This document shows positions 46,140 through 54,863 of a DNA stretch of 62,749 nucleotides, piece after piece. The translations under genes and the position numbers were made by a program. Source of the DNA: a virus (taxonomy: Duplodnaviria; Caudoviricetes); the IMG/VR virus record IMGVR_UViG_3300042346_001094, positions 1-62,749 of that record; one strand, written 5' to 3'. Position 1 is the first letter of the stretch; the number at the start of each line of letters is the position of its first letter. The notes under the pieces are model-generated. The model was not told the DNA's origin. It searched no databases and worked only from the letters and a program-made list of their open reading frames with translations.

Positions 46140-47186
46140 GTGATTCATCACGGCGATTGCCTTGAGGTGATGCGCACGCTGCCCGATTGCAGCGTCGATG
46201 CGGTCGTGACCGACCCACCGTATGGACTGTCCTTCATGGGCAAAAAATGGGACTACGACGTACCAAGCGTCGAAGTATGGGGTGAGTGCTTGCGGGTGTT
46301 GAAGCCCGGCGGGCATCTGCTGGCTTTTGCTGGGACTCGCACCCAGCACCGCATGGCCGTTCGCATCGAGGATGCGGGGTTTGAGATACGCGACATGATT
46401 GCGTGGGTTTACGGCAGCGGGTTCCCGAAGTCGCACAACCTAAAGGACGATTGGCAAGGTTGGGGCACCGCACTCAAGCCCGCGCTAGAGCCGATCACCG
46501 TGGCCCGAAAGCCGTTGGCAGGGACGGTGGCAGAGAATGTGTTGGCGCACGGCGCGGGTGCGCTGAACATTGATGGGTGTAGAGTTCCGCATGGCGCTGA
46601 TGTTGATCTTGGCGCAGTGCAGCATTGTCAAACGCATCAAGGCGGTCACACTGTCACGCTAAACAATCCCGGCTTTAGCACTGCTACTTACAAACCACAA
46701 GGCCGCTGGCCCGCCAACCTAATCCACGACGGGAGCGATGAGGTAACGCGACTGGCAGGCTCTGCCGCTAGATTCTTTTACTGCGCGAAAGCAAGTAAAG
46801 CGGATCGAGATGAAGGGCTAGACGACATTGACGGCAAGATCGTAGGGGCTAAAGGGAACGGGCTAGCTCGAAAATGCGCGACTTGTGGGGCGTCTGTACT
46901 TGATGGGTGCAATTGCCAAGATCGCACATTCGAAAACCCAAAGCGCAAAAACCACCATCCAACCGTCAAGCCTACTGACTTGATGCGCTACCTATGCCGC
47001 CTTGTTACGCCGCCGGGCGGCGTCGTGCTTGACCCATTCATGGGCAGCGGCAGCACAGGCAAAGCAGCGGCTTTGGAAGGGTTTGAATTTATCGGCATCG
47101 AACGTGAGGCCGATTACGTCGCGATCGCCCGCCGCCGAATCAATCACTCATACCCAGAACTTGCCCTGCAGGGAGGCTCGTTGTGA
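46140..47186 (+). CDS. N6-adenine/N4-cytosine DNA methyltransferase (beta order)
   Basis: TDPPY...HPTVKP...LDPFMGSGSTG. Confidence 0.9.
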   Translation: MIHHGDCLEVMRTLPDCSVDAVVTDPPYGLSFMGKKWDYDVPSVEVWGECLRVLKPGGHLLAFAGTRTQHRMAVRIEDAGFEIRDMIAWVYGSGFPKSHNLKDDWQGWGTALKPALEPITVARKPLAGTVAENVLAHGAGALNIDGCRVPHGADVDLGAVQHCQTHQGGHTVTLNNPGFSTATYKPQGRWPANLIHDGSDEVTRLAGSAARFFYCAKASKADRDEGLDDIDGKIVGAKGNGLARKCATCGASVLDGCNCQDRTFENPKRKNHHPTVKPTDLMRYLCRLVTPPGGVVLDPFMGSGSTGKAAALEGFEFIGIEREADYVAIARRRINHSYPELALQGGSL

Positions 47187-47626
47187 ACAGCCGCAGAATC
47201 GAAGATCTACACCCGGCCGTCGCCGCCAAAGCCCGCGAATTTCTCCGCCTCTGCGAGCAGCAATGGCCGGGCAACGAGGTGGATGTGATCATCACCTCTA
47301 CCATGCGCTCCATGGCTGAGCAGGAACGCCTCTACGCCCAAGGGCGCACCGCGCCCGGAAAGATTGTCACCAAGGCCAAGCCGGGGCAGTCCATGCACAA
47401 CTACGGGCTGGCGTTCGATGTGGTGCCCCTGCGCTACGGTAAGCCCGTGTGGGGCACTACCGGCGCAGATGGCGAACTGTGGAACCGGATTGGGCAGATA
47501 GGTGAATCCGTGGGCCTAGAATGGGCCGGGCGCTGGCAGCGCTTTCGCGAATTCCCCCACTTCCAATGGACAGGCGGGCTTACCCTTGCCGACCTGCAGA
47601 GCGGGAAACGTCCGGGGCTGGCTTAA
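47183..47626 (+). CDS. Endolysin, M15 L-Ala-D-Glu peptidase type
   Basis: RS..EQ..LYAQGRT, SMHNYGLAFD, EFPHFQ. Confidence 0.85.
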   Translation: MNSRRIEDLHPAVAAKAREFLRLCEQQWPGNEVDVIITSTMRSMAEQERLYAQGRTAPGKIVTKAKPGQSMHNYGLAFDVVPLRYGKPVWGTTGADGELWNRIGQIGESVGLEWAGRWQRFREFPHFQWTGGLTLADLQSGKRPGLA

Positions 47627-47894
47627 CTTTAGCGTGAGGCTGGCCGGGCTCCGGGCGCGAAGGCGGAGAGAAAAATTCCACGAACAGCGAGCCCGTAGGC
47701 TTGCCCGCCGCCAACGCCTTCTCACCCTCGTACACGAGGTACTCTGAATCCCACACCTGCACCACCGGGCCACGGTGCTGCTTCCACGACTGCACCATCA
47801 CCCGGATGGCACGCCGCGCCGCCTCCGGGGTGAGGTTCCCCGCCACCTTGCGTGGCACCTTCTCGCCCTTCTCCTGCGCCCATACGCTCGCCAT
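47580..47894 (-). CDS. Hypothetical protein
   Basis: Follows 47898-48263 in a short leftward operon. Confidence 0.5.
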   Translation of the reverse strand: MASVWAQEKGEKVPRKVAGNLTPEAARRAIRVMVQSWKQHRGPVVQVWDSEYLVYEGEKALAAGKPTGSLFVEFFSPPSRPEPGQPHAKVKPAPDVSRSAGRQG

Positions 47895-47897
47895 ACG

Positions 47898-48263
47898 TTA
47901 CCCTGCCTTCTTCATCGTGGATTGAGCCTGCTCCCGCTTCTTCACGAACTCAACCAGTAGATCGCGATAGCCGCGCAGGGCACGAGCATACGTGTTCGAC
48001 CCACGGATCTCGTATTCCTCCAGCAGCTCAATGTCAGAGGTGGCCGCAAAATCCCGCAGCGTCTTGGCGTGTGCGTTGTAACTGTAGTTGGTCTCGCTCG
48101 TGAACTCCAAGAGCCCCGGCAACTCGCCACGAGCAACCGCAGCCTTCGCCGCACTCAACAGCGTGACACGCACAGCCTTGGGCGGCCGCAGCGCCACCTG
48201 CTTCGCCGCAATGCCAGCCAACAACTTCTCAAGCCCCAATGGAATCACTGAATTCTCAAACAT
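47898..48263 (-). CDS. Small protein resembling the repeated helical domain of the cargo proteins
   Basis: SD AGGAGG; NYSYN..A..D..GSNTY motif. Confidence 0.65.
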   Translation of the reverse strand: MFENSVIPLGLEKLLAGIAAKQVALRPPKAVRVTLLSAAKAAVARGELPGLLEFTSETNYSYNAHAKTLRDFAATSDIELLEEYEIRGSNTYARALRGYRDLLVEFVKKREQAQSTMKKAG

Positions 48264-48430
48264 CGAACTTCCTCCTGCATTTGAACTAACGCTGCGTTTC
48301 GGGTAACGCTTCACATCAACCGCCCCACTGTGTGTTTCGTGAGATTCCGATGGTTGCGCCCCCAAAAACCGCTTCCCGGTATCAGTACGGTGACAATATG
48401 CCAGCCGCAGGGGCGGTTTGCAAGCAGAAA

Positions 48431-48446
48431 TATCATTCCGGTGATA
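48431..48446. promoter_or_regulatory. Palindromic operator before the terminase genes
   Basis: TATCATTCCGGTGATA; second copy at 48380-48395. Confidence 0.7.
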
Positions 48447-48450
48447 CCCA

Positions 48451-48867
48451 ATGAAGAAAGCCCAGCAGGCCGCACAGCCTCCAACCGCTCCCCCTAGAAA
48501 AAAGCCGGGGCCAGTTGGCCACGTGCCGACCGCCCAAACCCGCAACCTTGTATCGCTCGCCATGCTCAACGACATGACGCACGCGCAGGCCGCAAGGCTT
48601 GTGGAGATCGACGAGGTGACACTGCGCAAGCACTACGCGGATGAGCTGGCGCACGGCAAGGCCCGGATGATTTCCATGGTGGCCGCGAACCTGTACCGCA
48701 TCGCGCAGCAGACGGCCGATCTGAAGGCCGCGCTCACCGCCAGCATCTTTGTGCTCAAGAGCAAGGGCGGCTGGAACGATCGCGCCGCGCAGGCCGACGT
48801 AGAGGTGGAAACGCCGGGGCCGGTGAAGGTGCGCCTGCGGCTGGGTGACAAGGCGGAGAGCGCCTAA
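48451..48867 (+). CDS. terS: Terminase small subunit
   Basis: HTH, TLRKHY..EL..GK, IFVLKSKGGW; precedes TerL. Confidence 0.8.
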   Translation: MKKAQQAAQPPTAPPRKKPGPVGHVPTAQTRNLVSLAMLNDMTHAQAARLVEIDEVTLRKHYADELAHGKARMISMVAANLYRIAQQTADLKAALTASIFVLKSKGGWNDRAAQADVEVETPGPVKVRLRLGDKAESA

Positions 48868-50153
48868 TGGGTGCCGCCCGCAAACTGCTTGAGATCGAGT
48901 ACGAGCGCCCATGGCTGTACCCCGCTCAGCAGCGGGCAATTTTCGATTGCGTGGATCTGAACGGCGAGCCAGCCCGCTACGGCGTGGTCGAGGCCAGCAC
49001 CAAGGCCGGGAAAACGGTTGGCTGCATGGCGTGGATTGTCGAACAGGCGTACATGAGAGCGGGCATCAACCGCAACTTCTGGTGGGTAGCCCCGGTCTAC
49101 CCGCAGGCCAAGATCGCGTTCCGTCGCATCAAGGCCGGGCTACCTACAGGATCGTTCGCGGCAAACGAGGCCGATCTGAAGATCACGCTGCTGGGCGTGG
49201 GCTCAACGATCTGGTTCAAGACGGGCGAAAAGCCCGACAACCTGTACGGTGAGGATGTGTACGCCGCCGTGGTGGACGAGGCCAGCCGCTGCCGCGAGGA
49301 TTCGTGGATTGCTCTGCGCTCCACCCTCACCGCTACCAGAGGCCCGGTGCGGATCATCGGTAACGTGAAGGGACGGGCCAACTGGCACTACCGTATTGCC
49401 CGACGCGCCGAATCCGGCGAACCCGGCTACAGCTACGCCAAGCTCACTGCCTACGACGCGGTGGCCGGTGGCGTGCTCGATGCGGCTGAGATCGAGGATG
49501 CCAAGCGAGCGCTGCCCGAACAGGTGTTCCGCGAGCTCTACCTTGCCGAACCCTCCGACGACCAAGGCAACCCGTTTGGCATCCAGCACATCGCCGCTTG
49601 TGTCGCACCGCTATCCGAATCCCGCCCCGCCGCCATCGGCATCGACCTCGCGAAATCGTTCGACTGGACGGTGGTGATCGGGCTCGATCGCATGGGCAAC
49701 GTGTGCGGATTCGAGCGCTGGCAGGGGCCGTGGGAAGAAACGGAGCGGCGCATTTTGCAGCTCACTGGCAACACTCCCACCCTTGTGGACTCGACGGGCG
49801 TTGGCGACCCGATCGTGGAGCGCCTGCAGCGCAAGCGCGGCAACTTCACCGGCTTCAAGTTCACCTCCGAATCCAAACAGCGCCTCATGGAAGGGCTCGT
49901 CATGGCCATCCAGCAGCGCCGCATCCGATTTCCAGACGGTCACATTCGCAAAGAGCTGGAAAACTTCGAGTACGAGTACACGCGCACGGGCGTCCGATAT
50001 TGCGCGCCGGAAGGCGTTCACGATGACTGTGTGATGGCACTGGCACTTGCAGAAGAGCAGCGCCGCCAGAGCTTCCCCGAAACCCTCAATTCCCGACCCG
50101 ACTCACTGCCACGGATTAGCCCGTGGATTTCGGGCGATCGATCTGGAGAGTAA
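48867..50153 (+). CDS. terL: Terminase large subunit
   Basis: STKAGKT, VVDEA, GIDLAK..D, VDSTGVG, HDDCVMALALA. Confidence 0.9.
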   Translation: MGAARKLLEIEYERPWLYPAQQRAIFDCVDLNGEPARYGVVEASTKAGKTVGCMAWIVEQAYMRAGINRNFWWVAPVYPQAKIAFRRIKAGLPTGSFAANEADLKITLLGVGSTIWFKTGEKPDNLYGEDVYAAVVDEASRCREDSWIALRSTLTATRGPVRIIGNVKGRANWHYRIARRAESGEPGYSYAKLTAYDAVAGGVLDAAEIEDAKRALPEQVFRELYLAEPSDDQGNPFGIQHIAACVAPLSESRPAAIGIDLAKSFDWTVVIGLDRMGNVCGFERWQGPWEETERRILQLTGNTPTLVDSTGVGDPIVERLQRKRGNFTGFKFTSESKQRLMEGLVMAIQQRRIRFPDGHIRKELENFEYEYTRTGVRYCAPEGVHDDCVMALALAEEQRRQSFPETLNSRPDSLPRISPWISGDRSGE

Positions 50154-50155
50154 CC

Positions 50156-51553
50156 ATGGCAGAGCGCAAGGCCGTCAAGTACGACGCCAGCACCGTTGGC
50201 ACATCTGGCCTGCAGCAGTACGGCGGATACGTCAACGAAGAGTTCGTGAAAGAGCTGCGCGGCAACAACGCCGCCCGCGTTTATCGCGAAATGGCCGACA
50301 ACGATCCCACCATCGGGGCCATGTTGTTTGCCATCACCACGCTGATCCGGCAGGTGCAGTGGAGCTTCCAAAGCGCCGACGACTCCCCAGAATCAGAGGC
50401 CGCCAAGCAGTTCGCGGAAGAGGTGCTCAACGATATGAGCGTCTCGTGGTCGAGCGTGGTGGCAGAGATCTGTTCCATGTTCACCTACGGCTTCGCGCCC
50501 ATGGAAATCATCTGGAAGAAGCGCGACGGCACAGATGCCCGTGATGGCAGCCGCCGATCTGCCTACACGGACGGCCGCATCGGGCTGCGCGCACTCTCGC
50601 TGCGCGCCCAAAACACGGTCAACCGCTGGGAGATCGATCCGGAGGATGGATCTATCGACGGGCTGTATCAGCAACCGTGGCAAGGCCCGCAGGTGTTCAT
50701 CCCGATTGAAAAGATCGTGCTCTTTCGCACCACCGAAGAGAAAAACAACCCGGAAGGCCGCAGCGTCCTGCGCAACGCCTATAGGCCGTGGTACTTCAAG
50801 AAGCGCATCGAAGAGATTGAGGCCGTGGGCATCGAGCGCGATCTGGCCGGGTTGCCTATCGCTTACATCCCCGCGCAGTACCTCAGTTCAGACGCTGACC
50901 CGATGGATAAGGCCGTTGCCAACGAGTACAAGCGCCTCATCCGCAGCATCCGCCGCGACCAACAGGAAGGGCTCGTGCTGCCCAGCGCCCGCGATTCGTC
51001 GGGCAACCTCATGTTCGATGTGAAGTTGCTCAACGCAGGCGGCTCGCGCACGTTCAACACGACGGAGATCATCGACCGCTACGACAAGCGCATCGCCGGT
51101 TCCGTACTCGCGGATTTCATCTTCCTTGGCCAAGGGGCCACGGGCTCGTTCGCGCTTTCCAGCGACAAGACGCAGCTTTTCGCCACCGCAGTGGGGGCGT
51201 TCACCACTTCGATCTGCGACACGTTCAACCGCCACCTCATGCCGCGGCTTTGGAAGCTCAACGGCATGGATGTGGAATATATGCCCACCCTCGTGGCAGG
51301 CGATCTGGAAAAGCCGGATCTGACCGCGCTGGGCGAGTTCATCACCAAGCTCACGACGGCCGGCGCCCCGTTGTTCCCGGATCGAGAGCTGGAGAACCAC
51401 CTGCGCAACGCAGCGGGCCTGCCGCTCGCGCCGGAGGAAGGCGTGGATTCAGAGCTGCGCTCGATGAGCGATCAGACAGACATGGCCGAAATGCAGGGGC
51501 GCATCGCATCAGCGACCGCGCAGGCCGAAGGCGAAGCGGATCAAGAGGAATAA
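50156..51553 (+). CDS. Portal protein
   Basis: YGFAPMEIIW, NNPEGRSVLRNAY, IERDLAGLP; follows TerL. Confidence 0.9.
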   Translation: MAERKAVKYDASTVGTSGLQQYGGYVNEEFVKELRGNNAARVYREMADNDPTIGAMLFAITTLIRQVQWSFQSADDSPESEAAKQFAEEVLNDMSVSWSSVVAEICSMFTYGFAPMEIIWKKRDGTDARDGSRRSAYTDGRIGLRALSLRAQNTVNRWEIDPEDGSIDGLYQQPWQGPQVFIPIEKIVLFRTTEEKNNPEGRSVLRNAYRPWYFKKRIEEIEAVGIERDLAGLPIAYIPAQYLSSDADPMDKAVANEYKRLIRSIRRDQQEGLVLPSARDSSGNLMFDVKLLNAGGSRTFNTTEIIDRYDKRIAGSVLADFIFLGQGATGSFALSSDKTQLFATAVGAFTTSICDTFNRHLMPRLWKLNGMDVEYMPTLVAGDLEKPDLTALGEFITKLTTAGAPLFPDRELENHLRNAAGLPLAPEEGVDSELRSMSDQTDMAEMQGRIASATAQAEGEADQEE

Positions 51554-51556
51554 TCG

Positions 51557-51895
51557 ATGGCCGACGAAATCAAACTCGTACGCGGCAACAACCGCCCGTA
51601 CATCAAGATCACGCTCACCGATGCGGATAACGTAGCCATCGATCTGAGTGCAGTTACCACCACCGTATCGGTGCGGTTCCGCTCCGTCACGAGCGAAACA
51701 ACGCTGGCAACGCTCTCAACCACGAAGATTGGCAACGGCACCACGGGCGAAGTGCAGTTCAACTTCCCCGGCTCCACGCTGGATGTGCCGGCTGGGAACT
51801 ACGAGTTCGAAATCGAAGTGGACTTTAACGGCGAGAAGCAGACCGTTTACCAAACGGTGAAGTGCATCGTTCGCGAAAAGTTCGCCACGACCTAA
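51557..51895 (+). CDS. BppU-like Ig-fold adaptor
   Basis: LVRG..IDLS..LDVPAGNY..EIE..QT; paralogue of 56278. Confidence 0.65.
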   Translation: MADEIKLVRGNNRPYIKITLTDADNVAIDLSAVTTTVSVRFRSVTSETTLATLSTTKIGNGTTGEVQFNFPGSTLDVPAGNYEFEIEVDFNGEKQTVYQTVKCIVREKFATT

Positions 51896-51910
51896 CCACA
51901 GGAGCGAAAC

Positions 51911-52288
51911 ATGGCTATCGTTTACAGCACAGCCGCGAAGAATGCCCGATTGACGGCGGTTCGCGATCAGATCGATGCAGGGGCTGGCCCCGGCGTGCTG
52001 CAGGTTGGCACCGCAGGCATGGCCACCGTGCTCGCTGAGATCACCTTGGGCGATCCATGCGGAACCGTGGCCGCTGGCGTGCTCACGTTCTCCGGATTCC
52101 CACGCAGCGATACCTCTGCCAACGCCGCCGGCACCGCCGCTGCCGCCCGCATTCGGGACTCGGCAGGCAATGACGTAATCACAGGCTTGACAGTGGGGCT
52201 CACTGGAACGGACATCGTGCTCGACTCGGTGACCTTTTCCGAAGGACAGCTTCTGATGATCAACACTGCGACAATTTCGCACGCTTAA
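51911..52288 (+). CDS. Small virion fibre subunit-like protein
   Basis: MAIVYSTAAKNARL; paralogue of 52404. Confidence 0.65.
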   Translation: MAIVYSTAAKNARLTAVRDQIDAGAGPGVLQVGTAGMATVLAEITLGDPCGTVAAGVLTFSGFPRSDTSANAAGTAAAARIRDSAGNDVITGLTVGLTGTDIVLDSVTFSEGQLLMINTATISHA

Positions 52289-52403
52289 CCCGTCAGTTTT
52301 CTGCCGTTGACAACAAGCAATCGGCGGAGATGATTGTGTGGCGCGCACTAGCACGCCGCTATTTCGTCAGGGCCACGCTGTGCTCTAACCATAGGATCAA
52401 ACA

Positions 52404-52811
52404 ATGGCTATTCAGCTTTCGACTGCGGTTCGCAATGCTCGACTTGACGTAATCGAATCAACGGTAGGCACGAGCGCGATTCTTCGCATTCGCTCTGGCG
52501 CCGCTCCGGCAAACTGCGCGGCCGCTGACACGGGCACCGTGCTTGCCGCGATCACGCTTCCCTCAGACTGGATGGCCGCCGCTTCGAACGGCTCAAAGGC
52601 GCTCTCTGGCTCGTGGGTGGATTCATCGGCCGACAACACCGGCACCGCCGCTCACTTCCGCCTGTACGACAGCGCGGGCACCATCTGCCACTTGCAGGGC
52701 ACGGTTACGCTCACCGCTGGCGGTGGCGATATGACGGTGGATAGCACGAGCTTCACGGCCGGCCAGCAGTTCACCGTTACCGGCTTCACGCTCACTGATG
52801 CGAACGCCTAA
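52404..52811 (+). CDS. Small virion fibre subunit-like protein
   Basis: MAIQLSTAVRNARL..GTAAHFRL. Confidence 0.65.
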   Translation: MAIQLSTAVRNARLDVIESTVGTSAILRIRSGAAPANCAAADTGTVLAAITLPSDWMAAASNGSKALSGSWVDSSADNTGTAAHFRLYDSAGTICHLQGTVTLTAGGGDMTVDSTSFTAGQQFTVTGFTLTDANA

Positions 52812-52813
52812 CG

Positions 52814-53254
52814 ATGGCCGACAACCTTGGCTATACCCCCGGAGCTGGCGCTGAGGTAGCGACAGACGAGATCGATGGCAAGCATCACCAACGCGTCAAG
52901 GTGGTGCTTGGCAGCGATGGCGTCTCCGATGGCGATGTTTCAAGCGCAAACCCCATGCCCGTGCAGGTGCTTGGGGAAGCCATCGAAGCCATTGAGGCAA
53001 TGCGCTACGCGCTGCAGGCACTCACCCGCACGGTGGGGCAAATGCAGCCCGATACCGCATCGCGTATGCGCGTGGCCATCGACGCCATCTCGGCCAGCCT
53101 TACTCTCGCCACCATCACCACGGTGGGCACGGTTACGACGGTTTCAACGCTCACGAACCAAACGCAGATCGGCGGCTTTGCAGCCACCGAACAAATCCCG
53201 TCGCTCATGCGACTCGGCGCAGATTCCTTGCGACGTAACATCTCGGTGACCTAA
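52814..53254 (+). CDS. Virion fibre-associated protein
   Basis: HHQRVKV..VSSANPMPV, TVGTVTTV. Confidence 0.6.
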   Translation: MADNLGYTPGAGAEVATDEIDGKHHQRVKVVLGSDGVSDGDVSSANPMPVQVLGEAIEAIEAMRYALQALTRTVGQMQPDTASRMRVAIDAISASLTLATITTVGTVTTVSTLTNQTQIGGFAATEQIPSLMRLGADSLRRNISVT

Positions 53255-54691
53255 ATGGCAACGACCAACGGCAATCGCAAAATCCTCGATCTCAAGCGCT
53301 GGGAATTTTGCACCCCCGCACCGCAGGCGACGGCGGCGGCTCATTTCATCGTTTCGAGCCGCCACTACCGCCAGCAGCAGCTACTAATATCCAGCAACAC
53401 TGGCGCGCAACTCTACAACCCGCAAGAAGACGGCTGGATTCTTTTGCCCTCGCCCGCGCTTGCCGGTACTTTCGGCGCTGGAGCGTGCGGCGTGGCAGGC
53501 TCGTTCTCGACGGGCGCCACCGCTGCGGTGTCCTCACTCACGGCCACGGCCGGATCGACCACCTCGATCACGACCAACCAAACGCTTGCTCGCGACCTTC
53601 GCGGGTACTCGGTTTTCTTCGTTGGCGGCACCAACTCTGGCAAGCTAAAAACGATTGCGTCGAACACCATCGGCGCAAACGCCGTCATCACGTTCACAGA
53701 TGCAGAGGCGGTGGCCTTCGACGCCACGAGCCAGTACCGCATCAAAGCGCCCGTTTTCTTCGTGCTCGGCGCCGGTACGCTCGCGGCGGGTTCGTTCAAA
53801 AAGTATGACTTCGCAACGAACACGTGGGTAACGCTTGCGAACACCGGCCTCCCGGCAACGGTTGCCACTGACGGCCGGCTCATATCGACGCCGGCATGGA
53901 TCGATAGCGGGTTCAAATCATTTGCCACCGGCACGGCTACGGCTGGCGGCGCGAACACGCTCACGAACTCGGCGAAGAACTGGGCCACGAACCAGTGGGC
54001 GAACTCGCAGGTGCGCATCAGTGCTGGCACGGGTGCTGGCCAGATCCGCACGGTGGCGTCGAACACCAGCACGGTGCTCACCGTTTCTGCAAACTGGACA
54101 ACGCAGCCCGATGCCACGAGCCAGTACAGCCTTGAAGGAAATGATGACTTCATCTACTTCATGGGCAACAACGCAGTAACGCTCTACCGCTACAGCGTGA
54201 GCGGCAACACGTGGACAACCCTCAGCCCGGCTGTGGCGCGTGCTGCGGCTCCGGGCTTGGGCGCGAGCGGCCACTGGATTCACAGCGTAAGTGCGGCTGA
54301 CTGGACGAACGAAAACGCAATCCTCAACGGCCGTTACATCTACAGCTTCCGTGGCGGCGCAGGCGCTCTGCTCGACCGCTACGACATCGCCGCGAACTCG
54401 TGGGCCGCAATCACTTACGCGCCGGCAGCGGAAACTTTTACCACCGGCTCGAAATACAGCTACTGCAAAGACCGGCTGTACATCTCAAAGGAGGCGACGG
54501 GCCGTTGGTTCGCGTATGACTTCGCCGAAAACGCGATGCAGCCTTGGAGCACCATGACATACACCCAAGGCGCGGCGGTGCTCGGCGACACTTGTTTCGA
54601 TGTCACCTACAAAGACGGCGCCACCGAGATCGATTACGTTTATATGCTGCTCAACACCTCGGCCGTATTGCTGCGGCAACAGGTGGTGTGA
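53255..54691 (+). CDS. Putative adhesin with Kelch-like blades and two inserted beta domains
   Basis: YDFATNTW, YSVSGNTW, YDIAANSW; duplicated TATAG..ASNT..DATSQY. Confidence 0.6.
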   Translation: MATTNGNRKILDLKRWEFCTPAPQATAAAHFIVSSRHYRQQQLLISSNTGAQLYNPQEDGWILLPSPALAGTFGAGACGVAGSFSTGATAAVSSLTATAGSTTSITTNQTLARDLRGYSVFFVGGTNSGKLKTIASNTIGANAVITFTDAEAVAFDATSQYRIKAPVFFVLGAGTLAAGSFKKYDFATNTWVTLANTGLPATVATDGRLISTPAWIDSGFKSFATGTATAGGANTLTNSAKNWATNQWANSQVRISAGTGAGQIRTVASNTSTVLTVSANWTTQPDATSQYSLEGNDDFIYFMGNNAVTLYRYSVSGNTWTTLSPAVARAAAPGLGASGHWIHSVSAADWTNENAILNGRYIYSFRGGAGALLDRYDIAANSWAAITYAPAAETFTTGSKYSYCKDRLYISKEATGRWFAYDFAENAMQPWSTMTYTQGAAVLGDTCFDVTYKDGATEIDYVYMLLNTSAVLLRQQVV

Positions 54692-54692
54692 C

Positions 54693-54857
54693 ATGACCAT
54701 TGATGAACTGGTTGGGATGTGCCGGGCTCGCCTCGCGAATCTCTCGCAGTTGCGTTCCTCTGCCGTAAAGCTGGGGGACGCGGATCAGGTCGCACGCATT
54801 GATGCGCTGATCGATGAAACGCAGACAACGCTCAACAAACTTCTGACTCTTGGGTAA
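54693..54857 (+). CDS. Small helical protein
   Basis: 54-aa operon member. Confidence 0.6.
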   Translation: MTIDELVGMCRARLANLSQLRSSAVKLGDADQVARIDALIDETQTTLNKLLTLG

Positions 54858-54863
54858 CAGCCG

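Noticed and set aside
47898-48629. 243-aa ORF as listed in the ORF track
   Set aside because: The upstream part overlaps terS and the operators; the SD supports a start at 48263
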